A DNA stretch of 64,000 nucleotides from Camelus ferus. Taxonomy: Eukaryota. Positions 53,660-64,000 of this stretch are shown here, piece after piece; position 1 is the stretch's first letter; every line of letters begins with the position of its first letter. A model generated the notes under the pieces. That model was not told where the DNA came from, did not search any database, and saw nothing but the letters and a program-made list of their open reading frames with translations. Made by a program: the position numbers and the translations under genes. The stretch is from the NCBI RefSeq assembly GCF_009834535.1, contig NC_045696.1, forward strand, positions 41,728,001 to 41,792,000. The letters run 5' to 3'.

Positions 53660-54734
53660 CTGTTACACACATAAATAATTAATACACACAGTACTAAACA
53701 TTGTTTAATACATGAATTCATCACAAACTGTAACAAATGAAAACCTACAGGAAATCTAAATTTCAGTTCTTCCAGCAATTAACCAGAGTAGTAAATATTA
53801 TAAGAAAAAATTTGCCTAACCATTCTCAAATATACATTAAAAAGTAAACCCTATTTCACTTAAATTGGATTTTCTTTAGAATTCTGTGTGGTATACTGCA
53901 ACTATGGTCATGCACACGTATAGCTGTTGGATTTCTGGTAACCCATCTGTACCTATTCACACTATTAATGGAACAAAACACATCTGCACATTGCATCACA
54001 AAGGCAACCACTTTCCTACACTAAAAATGTGGTTTTGTTTTAGCATTTGTTGATTTGGAAAACATAATTAAAACTAAGGGTGTAACAGTACATCATCTAC
54101 AGTCTTAAACCTATATAGTGTTAAGATACACTTAATTTCACCTTATTTCTAAAAACAAGTTAATTTAAAACACTATACCTATACCAATTTCAAAAAGTGA
54201 AACTGACAAATCCAAGCACTTCCAGCTTTTTTGCCTCATTACATTTTACCCATTACTCATTCAATACATCTTTGTATTGATATTACTTGAAGAACTGTGT
54301 TCAGTTCTGGAACCATGAAATATACTTTTTGCAGTACTGTGAACAGGTTACCAAGTGGATGTGAAACAATGTCAAATGAGGAATGGCTGAAAGAATTGGA
54401 AATGTTTAATCAGAAGAGTGTCTATTCTACTCCCTAGTACTAGTTTTAGGCATTGTTTGTTTACCAAATGTAAGAATATTAAGAAACAGAAAGCAAAGTG
54501 CTCATGTATTTTTAAGATAAAACAGGTCTCAAAGAAATCAATTGTTTGCAACAGCCACTTGGGGCTATATCTTCAGATCACCGGAAAGAGGGATACAAGT
54601 CTTCAGGGGAGCCTCCATAGAATGCATTGAAACTCTAAATATTTTAAGTTAAAAAAAGTTTAATCTATAGGTTTTAGAATAATCATTAAAGAATAAAGAG
54701 GTGAATGACATTTCTAATTATGAATAATAGTAAC

Positions 54735-55290
54735 TCATTCTTCATTCAACAAATACTTACCAAACACCTTCTAGCAAAACAACTGTACTAGTAGAATCTG
54801 GAGGTTTAGCAACAAACAAAACAGTCACAGTTCCTGTCTTCTTGGAGCTTACATTCCAGAGAAGAATCACCCAATTAGTTGTTTAATTACAATTATGATG
54901 AGCAATATGAGTGAAAACTACAGAAGCTGCATTTCTTCTGAACCAGGTCAGGGACGGGTCTACTGAGAATATGACCTTTAAGCTGAAACCTCAAAGGACA
55001 GACACGATCCAAAGGAAACAAGTGGAAAATGGAGAGTGGTTCAAAAAAGGGAACAAAATGCAAATGCTCAGATATAAATAAAGTTTATTCAAAGAAATCA
55101 AAGGACTTACCTGGCTCTAGTGCTCAGAGTGAAGAGGAAATGTATGTAAGCTAAGGATGGGCAGTTAGGTAAGACCCTGTGGACTGTATTAAGGATTTGA
55201 GACTTTATGCCAACAACAACAGCAACAATCCCCTAGCTTTAAAAACAGAATGATGAGATCAGAGCTGCATTTTTAAAAGATGACTTTTAT
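54735..55290. mobile_element. L2 remnant
   Basis: cattcaacaaatacttac..cctgtcttcttggagcttacattccag..gagatcagagctgcatttttaaaagat. Confidence 0.6.
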
Positions 55291-56279
55291 AATGAATAGA
55301 GAAAGTACTCAGAGAAAACAGCAATAATGAATTCAGAGAGGTAATGCTGACTTAGGCATAGTTTAGTGGAATGGTGGGAGCAGAAATGGGGAAGATGAAA
55401 AGGGATATAGCAAATGAAGGGAGTTGATATATGGCTATGAAAGGCGTATATAGGACAAGAGCTGAAGATAAATGTGAGATGCAGAAAATGGTTTTTATTA
55501 GTTATTGGTTTGTTAGTTAGCTTAAGAAATTAAACATCTGTATAAGTTTAATTGCTTGTGGGAAGGGGTCAAAAGAGTAAAAGAGGTTGAAGATACAAAA
55601 GAGAATAATTGACATTATAAGGAAGTTTCCTAGCAAATGGCATAAAAAGAGCTAATATTTATTGATTATACACATATACTGGGCACTATGCTAAGGATTT
55701 TACAATGATTTACTTCATTTAATCCTCACAACTACTCTATGAGATACAATGGTAATTATTATTCCTCTGCAATCGAGAAGACCAAGATAGAAAGATTAAT
55801 AACTTAAGCCCACAGTAAAATGGGTGAGTAGTGAAAGAGATCCAGAACCATACACTATCAACTCTGCTGCTACTAGCATTCATTGTTCCACAAGGCTGGT
55901 TTCTGACGGGAGAAGAGGAGCCCCTTTCCTTCTTTCAGGAACCAAGATCATCTTTTCAAAGTGATAAGAAAGGTAAAGGAACACAGGCTTGAGAAAAGAA
56001 GAGGCTTCGAATCATCACTACGGAGAGGGGGAACTCAAGCTGACTAGAGAAACACAGTACGATTATCATGCAGTTTAGGAATCCAGTGAGATTAATAATC
56101 ATGAATTTATAATGCCACAAACAGACTCTGTTTTGTGATTTTTTTCCCCTTCACTGCTCAGCCACTTTAGTGTCAGCACAATGCAAATAATTAGGTTCAC
56201 AAGTGATTATTAATTACAAAAGAAAAAAACATTTTTTAATTGAAGTACAGTCAATTATAATGAGTAAAAAACATCTTTA

Positions 56280-56995
56280 TAATGAAAGATTTGGCAGCTA
56301 CCACCTTAACCAAGTGACCAAATGTAGGGCCACCAACAGTGGGACAAGCAGACATTATGTATTCCCTGATATGATACAATAAGCAAATCACATCAGCCAT
56401 GAGTTAGTCTTGCCAAAAATGTAATATGAAACTACTCATGGGCCAAATCCAGACAATCATAAAAATCTAGAATGTAGGACATTCTACAAGACAACTGGCC
56501 TGAACTCTTCAAAAAAGTCAATGTCATGGTTTAAAAAAAAAGGGGTGGGGGTCAGAGGGCAGGCAGAGCTATTCTAAGATTAAGAGACTAATGAGACATA
56601 ATAGCCAAAATACATAATGCATGAACATCAATGTGATCCTAGATTTCAAAATAAATAAATAAAAGACATTTTGGAGACACATAGGGAATTGTGATTCTAG
56701 AGTTTATATTAGTTGATAATATGAAATTACAAATGTTCTTCATAATTTATTATGGTTATTTATGTAAGAGAATTTCCTGGTTCCCAAGAAGTGCAAGCTA
56801 AAGTATTTAGAGGTGAAGTGCCACATTGTCTCTAACTTTCAGATGGTTGTGAAAAAAATGTGTATGTGTAGGTATATATGTGATATGCACTTATACACAT
56901 GTATGAAAACAGACTGAGAGGAGGCAAATGTGCGAAAATGTTAATAACTGGTGAATCCAGATGAAGGATATATGAGTGTTTGTTACGCTCTTAAC
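56280..56995 (+). mobile_element. Old L1 (L1MC-like) 3'UTR
   Basis: accaccttaaccaagtgaccaa..ggacattctacaagacaactggcctgaactcttcaaaaaagtcaatgtcatg. Confidence 0.6.
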
Positions 56996-57731
56996 AAAAT
57001 CATCCCATGCCTGGAATCCTGTACCAAGAAAACTATGAAACACAGAGGAAAAGAAGTTATACATGAAGATATTCATCACAGTTTTTTACACAAGCAACAA
57101 ACTAAAAACAACTTTAAATTCCTAGCAATAGCAGAATCATTAAGTAGACCATGATAAAGCCACTTAATGGAATGTTACTTATCTCTTAAAATCTTCTACT
57201 TTAAATTTTTTAAAAACCTGTGTTTTCTGTTTTCTACTTGTCTTTATTTCTGTTTTCTATACTAAGCAAGTACTATTTATATAAAGAGAAATGTCAACTA
57301 AGTAATTTTTAAAATGGTAAATAGGTTTACCAAGCCAAAACTATCGATTAGTGAAATGGAATTTTTTTTACATTCAGGACTATTCTTTCATAACTATATG
57401 TTTACAACTGTACAACTTAAAATTCTAAGTGATTCAAATGAAAATCCTTCTAAAATCTTAAAGATATAAGGCATACTTCTTGTCTAATGAGATTATTAGT
57501 AATTTGCTAAATTATTTAAGGAAAGTATTATCCCACTGGTAATTTTAATAATTTTAAATATGAAAATATCCAATGTTGAAAAAAGCCATTTTTCTATCCA
57601 CCCAGACCAAATAAGAATCACCACTGTGATCTTACTGATAATTCTAATAGTGTGGCTCTAAGTGAGAAAGTCAATTTGGGTTCTCTGGAGAAATACTCTG
57701 GAGAGTATTTCTTGTCCTTCAGAGAAATGCG

Positions 57732-58239
57732 TGTAGGAAATCAGAATATGCTACCTCAAAATATGTTATTGTGGCACAAGGATTATTTTGAAGTGAACAC
57801 AACTGAGAGCAGATGCCAAAAAGGCTCTCTATCCACCCACTGCTTGTCTAAAAATAGGTTTTGACTACTCATCACCAGAGACTCTTATCAGCCTAGGAAT
57901 GGAATCTACATAACAAGCCTCACTAAACAGACTATCTTCTGTTAGTTTCCCTCGTATATGTACTTTTCCCAGTTTGCCATCCTTGGAATGGCAATCCTTT
58001 TTCTTTTGTCTTCTCACTTTGCTAGAAATTTATTATTCTTCATTAACACACTATATAAGCCCAAGTTGTAACCACTTCTTTGAGTTACTCATCACAGAAT
58101 TTCTCCTACGTATATGCACACTGCATTTATTAATAGACTGTGTTTGTTTTTCTTTTATTAATCTGTATTTTGTCTGTCAGATTTGCAGGGCCCCAGCCAA
58201 GGAATCTAAGAGAGTAGAGGCTTTTTTCTCTCCTCTATG
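57732..58239 (+). mobile_element. Solo LTR, MER34-like (ERV1)
   Basis: TG start, cagaatatgctacctcaaaatatg, tatataag box, 3' aatctaagagagtagagg. Confidence 0.65.
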
Positions 58240-59735
58240 TGGACAAAATATTTGAACACTTCATAAAAAAGATATACGAACGGACAACATGCACCTTATC
58301 GTTCTGGTCTTTAAAAAAAGTTTCTTGTCTTTTCAAAAACAGGGGGAAGGCAGCAAAAGATTACCACACACACTTTAGAGAAGATACAAAAGCACATGAA
58401 AAGATGCTCAACATCATCGTTCATCACGGAAATGCAATTAAAACCTCAAAAAGATACTACTACACATCCATTACAATGGATGGTGATAAGAAACTGACCA
58501 TACAAGTACTGGCAGAAGTGTGGAGGAAGTAAAACTCTCCTACACTGCTGGTGGTAAGGTAAAATGGCACAATTACTTTTGGAAAACATTTGGCAGTTTC
58601 TTACAAAGTTGAAAATACACTTTCAATGACCCAGCAACCCATCTCCTAGGTATTTAACCAAAAGAAATGAAAACATGTCCACACAGGCACTTGTACATGA
58701 ATATTCACAGCAGCTTTACGCACAGTAGCTCAAAACTGGAAATAACCCAAATGTCCATCAACAGCCACATGGATATGAGGGGAAAAGAACATGTCATCCC
58801 AAAATATGCCACTTTGGCATGTTGATTATTTTGAGCTGAAGACACTTGAGAAACAACAGTTGCAGGAAAGACTCTGACCTCCCCTTTTCTGCTGGAAAGT
58901 GGGTCATAAAAATTTCCCATGAGAATGGTGCCCTCTCTGTACCTGGAAGACACTCCTATCACTGGAGACTGGGAGTCAATGTCAAAATGGATCAGCACAA
59001 ACAAACCTACTGAAATAAATCTTCCATCAATTTCCCCCATGTATTCTAGTCATTTCCCACGATTTAACCCACCTAGAAACATAAATCCTTGTTTTTCATC
59101 TTGTCACTTCCCCACAAATGTACTGCTCTTTGTTAAAAAGATATATAAGCTCTCAGTCCTAACCACATCTTCAGGCCATCATTTTTCCTCTAAGAGCTCC
59201 CATGTGCACATTAAAATATTAAACAACATTTGTGTGTTTTTTCCTGTTAATCTGCCTTCTGTCAGTTTAATTCTTAGGCCTAACCACAGAATCTAAGAGG
59301 GTAGAGGAAAAGTTATTCCTCTACAACAGATAAAATATAGCATTTTCATAGAATGGAATACTACTCAGCAATAAAAAGAAATGAACTACTGATAACATCC
59401 AGCAATACAGACAGATCTCCAAAACATTATGTTCATGAAATAAACCAGACACAAAATAATATACATACTGTGTTCTAATATATTTGCAACTCTAGAAAGA
59501 CAAACCTAATCTATGCTAACAGAAAGCAGGTCAGTGACTGTCTGAAGTTGGAGGTGAGTGGGTAAGGGGATTAGTGGAAGAGGGCACACAGGAAGTCTTT
59601 GGGGAATCGGTGTTCACAGACGGTGGTGGTGGTAGTACCATAAGCATACAAATTTGTTAAAACTCATCAAAATATATACATATAAACATAAAATGTGTGT
59701 ATTTTATTGTATGTAAATTATACATGAATAAAGGT
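58240..59735 (+). mobile_element. Old L1 3' end, split by an LTR
   Basis: ORF2 C-terminal and 3'UTR motifs on both sides of 58776-59325. Confidence 0.7.
58776..59325 (+). mobile_element. Second MER34-like solo LTR
   Basis: TG...CA ends; shares 5' and 3' motifs with 57732-58239. Confidence 0.7.
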
Positions 59736-60200
59736 CATTTTAAAAGTTATTAAAATATGCAAAAATATTTATTACCTTAAGAAAATGAATCTACTTTGTT
59801 TTTCTCTTCAAAGCCAAATTACAAAGAATTAAATGAGTAACATTTTTATCCATTTAATTTATATAGGTACACTTTTGCTAAAATTTGGATTGAAAAATTC
59901 ATTAGTTAGAATAATCTCAGGGGCTCTAAAGAATAATCATTACTGCAGTCTGCACTGAACACCACCATTCCAGTATAAGAATTTGTTACACGGCAACTAC
60001 CTAAATGCCTTAGAGCAAGTATCTTTTGAACGAGAAAGGTACTTCAGTTAATTCTTTGACATTAAAACACTAGTACTTAACACATTGCTTTGGACTTTGA
60101 GGTACTACATAAACCAGCTAGTTGACTGAATAATTTTAATCCATAATCCACACAGTTAACAGAATAAATTGTGTGCCTCTGCCCTATTCCTCTTTCATAC

Positions 60201-60847
60201 TGTTAGAGCAGGCAAATAGCTAGATATGAGCAGAGAAAGGCGGACACAGTCCAAATGGCAGGAATTGGGCAGAAAGGAGGGGCACAGGCCAAATGCAGGA
60301 AACCACACATCATGTGAGCAGCAGGGATCCCTGGGCAGAGAAAGAAAAGCTTGGAATCTTTGGGCTGATAAGGGGCCACACCTTTTGGCCTGGAGACCAG
60401 CAAAGAAAGGTCAGAAAAGGCAGGAATTTCCAGTGTCCGAATGTAACCTTTTACTCATTATGCCCTCATTTCAATAAAATTAGCCTTGCAGATCAGAAGT
60501 ACCCATCATACACTGACGCCATGACACTTCCGATCCAGACTAAATAAGGACAAAAATCCCTCCTCCCTTTGGGAAGGTGGAGCTGGGATGATAATCAGGG
60601 AATACGACCCCAAACCCTTCCCTCCCCAATGAATATTCCACCCACTCATTTTTACACCCTATGTAACTAACTTGCCAAAGAAACTCAGGGCAGCCACTCA
60701 CCTGAGCCTGCCTGCTCTCCCCTGAGAGTGTACTATCCATCCTTTAACGTAATCCTCACTGTACCTTTTTAACCTCTAAGTCTTGTCTCTGAATTCTTTC
60801 TGGGATGGGACAAGAACCTGGAACACTGGTTGCATCTATCGGCACCA
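60201..60847 (+). mobile_element. Solo ERV LTR with perfect 4-bp TSD
   Basis: ATAC|TGTTA...CACCA|ATAC; a 4-bp TSD is typical of class I ERVs. Confidence 0.85.
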
Positions 60848-60851
60848 ATAC

Positions 60852-61020
60852 TGTCTTAGACCACTAGGGCTGCTGTGACAAAAATACTATAGGCTGACTG
60901 GCTAAACAACAAACATATATTTCTTACAGATCCAGAGGGTGGGGAGTCCAAGATCAAGGCACTGGCAGATTTGGTGTGTGGTGAGAGCCTGCTTCTCACT
61001 GTGTATTCATGCGGCAGAAG
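60852..61020 (-). mobile_element. MaLR LTR fragment (MLT1A-like)
   Basis: tgtcttag..gggctgctgtgacaaaatac..gagtccaagatcaaggcactggcagatttggtg. Confidence 0.75.
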
Positions 61021-61598
61021 TGTTAGCAGATAGTGAGACTCCTAAATTAGGAGGTCCACTAAAGAGTGGGTCCTTGCTGCTGGCTATGAAAGAATTCGCA
61101 GTGGAAGCAGAGGGGCAAAATGAAAAGCTGCTTTATGTCTTGAAAGAGGAAAAGGAAAGAAAGTGCTCGAGTGGTTAAAAGAAGAGAAATGTACTGGAGT
61201 GGGAAGCCATCAGCCAAGACTGCCAGTTGAGACAGCTCTGGCCCAGGTATGGCCACTTGAACTTGTAAGGGAGGCTTCCACCATCATGTCCTCATTCCAG
61301 CTGTGCTGGAGCCCATTAACCTTTCTTTTCCATCTTTGTATGGGCTTTCCTAGTTGTTGCCATGGCAATCATCAACTGTCATGGTGTTGGTGGGTGTGCC
61401 ATTTAACATCCCAATGCATTACAATGAGGCTCAAAGTCTACTGGAAGTCAAATCCTCTGCCATCTTAGGCTTTGCAGGTTCTAACCAGTTCTTGTTTCTT
61501 CTCTTTACAGCTGTCTCCTGAGACTCAGATAAGAGTAATTTGTTTCTATTGGAGGGAGGGGCAGGGGTTTGATCCTGGGGGCAACAGCCTTGGTAACA
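61021..61598 (-). mobile_element. Solo ERV LTR inserted in the MLT fragment
   Basis: Inverted termini TGTTA...TAACA; flanks agaag/aaaag form an imperfect TSD. Confidence 0.65.
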
Positions 61599-61759
61599 AA
61601 AAGGAAAGTTGCTTTTATTTACTTTTTTTTTAACACCTTTATTATGGTATAATTCCTGTACAGTGAACTACACCTATTTCAGATGTACAATTTGATGAAT
61701 TTTGATAGATGTATACACTTATGAAACCACCATCACAATCAAGATAGCTAAGGATTTCA

Positions 61760-63620
61760 GGTCAAGATAGCAGTATTAGAACCAAGAGCTCGCCTCTCCT
61801 CACGACTACAATGAAACCACAGCTGAATGATAAACAACCATTGAAAAAAATGCTGGAATCTAGCAAAAAAGAGCTTCTGCAACTGGAAACATAAAGAAGG
61901 AACCACAACAGGATGGTAGGAGGGGCGAGCTCATGATATAATTGGGCCCCATACTCCCGGGGTGGGCAACCCACAAGAATAGTTAAGTAGCAGAAGCCCT
62001 CCCACAGGAGTGAGAGCTCTAAGCCCCATGTCAGGCTCCCCAGCCCAGGGTTCCTACATTGGGAAGAAAAGGAGACCCCAGGACATCTGGTTTTGAAGAC
62101 CAGCAAGGCTTGGCTCCGGTAGCCCCACAGGACTGGGGGAAACAGAGACTTCATTCGCTTGGGAAGCGTACATGGAAACTCGTGTGCGCCAGGTTCAAGG
62201 GCAGAGGCAGTCATTTCATAGAAACCTGAGCCAGGCCTGCCTGCTGGATTTGGAGGGTCTCCTGGGGACACAGGGATGGCTGCAGCTCACCCAGGGGACA
62301 TAAAAGCTGGTGGCAGACATTCTGGGAATGTTCATCTACGTGAGCTTTCCTGGAGGCTGATGTCTTGATTAGATCATTAGCACCAAGATCCAGCCCCACC
62401 CAACAGCCTGTAGAGAAGCCTCAGGCCAAACAACATACAGGGTGGGAACACAGCCCCACCCAACAGCAGACTTCCTAAGCCACAAAGGCCTCTACACATA
62501 GCCCTACCCACCAGAGGTCCAGGACCAAGCTTCACCCAGCAGTGGGCAGGCATTGCCTCCTCCTGCCAGGAAACCTGCATAAGCCTCTAGTCCAGCCTCA
62601 TCCACCAGGGGAAAATACTAGAAATAAGAACACAATAATCCCAAAGCCTGTGGAAGGAATCCACAAACACATAGAAAGATAGATGATATGAGGCAGCAAA
62701 GGAGTATCTCCAGACCAAGGCACAAGATAAAATCCCAGAAGAAGAAATAAGTGATGAGGAGATAGGCAATTTATCTGAGAAAAAGTTTAAAGTAATGATG
62801 GCAAAGATATTTAGAGAACTCAAGAGAAGTGTAGATGCACAGAACGAAGTTTTTAGCAAAGAGTTGGAAAATACAAGATAAAATCACTGAAATGAACAAT
62901 ACACTAGAAGGAACCAAGAATAGACTAAATGAGGCAGAAGAACAGATCAGTGAGCTAGAAGACAGATTACTGGAAATCACTACTGCAGAAGAGAAAGAAG
63001 AAAAACCAATGAAAAGAAATGAGGAGTTTAAGAGAACTCTGGGACAACATGAAGCGCACTAATATTTGCATTATAGGAGACCCAGAAAGAGAAAGAGAGA
63101 GGGCCCTGAGAAAAATTTTGGAGAGATAATCACTGAAAACTTCCCCAATCTGGGAAAGGAAATAGTCACCCAAGTCCAGGAAGCACAGTGAGTATCACAC
63201 AAGATCAACCCAAAGAGGAACACACCAAGGCACGTAGTCATCAGTTGGACAAAAATTAAGGATAAGAAGAAAATATTAAAATTAGCAAGAGAAAAGCAAC
63301 AAATAACATCAAGGGAACTTCCATAAGGTTATCAGCTGATTTTTCAGCAGAAACTCTACAGGCCAGAAGGGAGTGGCATGATATATTTAAAGTGATGCAA
63401 GGGGGAAACCTACAACCAAGAATACCCTATCCAGCAAGGCTCTTATTCAGACTTGATGGAAAAAATCAAAAGCTTCACAGATAAAACAAAAGCCAAAAGA
63501 TTTCAGCACCACCAAACCAGCTTTACAACAAATTTTAAAGGACCTTCTGTAGTCATCAAACCGTAAGGAAAGCGAATAAAAAGAAGAAAGAGAAAAAAAA
63601 AAAAAAAAGACCTACAAAAG
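61760..63620 (+). mobile_element. L1 5'UTR, disrupted ORF1 and inter-ORF spacer
   Basis: GC-rich UTR; ORF1 coiled coil ITEMNNTLEGTKNRLNEAEEQISELEDRL; ends in the A-rich spacer. Confidence 0.9.
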
Positions 63621-63905
63621 GTTACTCTGGCTGCTCAGGGTCTTTTGTGGTTCCTTGTGAACTTTGGAACTGTTTGTTCTAGCTCTGTGAGGAATGTCAT
63701 GAGTATCTTGACAGGGGTTGCACTGGATCTGTGGATTGCTTTGGGTAGTGTGGCCATTTTGATAGTGTTGATTCTTCCAATTCAAGAGCACAAGAAATCT
63801 TTCCAGTTCTTTGTGTCATTTCACTTTTCGGAGTATAGGTAACCTCCTTGGTTAGGTTTATTTCTGGGTACTTTGTTGTTTTTGATGTAATGGAAATGTT
63901 TATGC
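63621..63905 (-). mobile_element. Inverted L1 ORF2 fragment
   Basis: Minus-strand KYPEINLTKEV and ctacccaaagcaatccacagatccagtgcaa. Confidence 0.8.
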
Positions 63906-64000
63906 CAGTTACAAAATTCTGGTTTTTAAAGTGAAAAAAAAAGGAAATGAAAGGCCACAAATGGCAAAATACCCTTCTTTCTTATGGGTGAGTTGTATTC

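Noticed and set aside
57732..59325. Two MER34-like LTRs as ends of one provirus
   Set aside because: The intervening sequence is L1, the second LTR interrupts that L1, and the two differ substantially
57652..63960. Dense overlapping ORFs, up to 169 aa
   Set aside because: They lie in LTRs and the GC-rich L1 5'UTR/ORF1; no gag, pol or env motifs seen
1..64000. CRISPR arrays, prokaryotic systems, snoRNA or snRNA genes
   Set aside because: No repeat-spacer array, operon or recognisable structured RNA gene seen by eye; an Rfam scan was not possible

Overview
Mammalian, AT-rich genomic DNA, most likely camelid given five tRNA-Ala-like SINEs resembling Vic-1. The whole window lies inside SENP7 (SUMO-specific protease 7) on the minus strand. 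I mapped 19 coding exons by hand (about exons 5-23, numbered from my recollection of the human gene). All visible splice sites are GT-AG and the phases join into one open frame. They run from the HP1-binding N-terminal repeats to most of the C48/Ulp1 catalytic domain. The 5' exons lie beyond 64000, and the catalytic Cys and last exon lie before position 1. The introns are filled with L1, L2, MIR, SINE, LTR and DNA-transposon remnants, which explain most ORF-track entries. I found no convincing new biological system. The best leads cluster around the two duplicated N-terminal exons: a 141-bp imperfect palindrome, an inverted SINE pair around the PxVxL exon, and candidate poison exons. Repeat family names come from recall and were not checked against a database.
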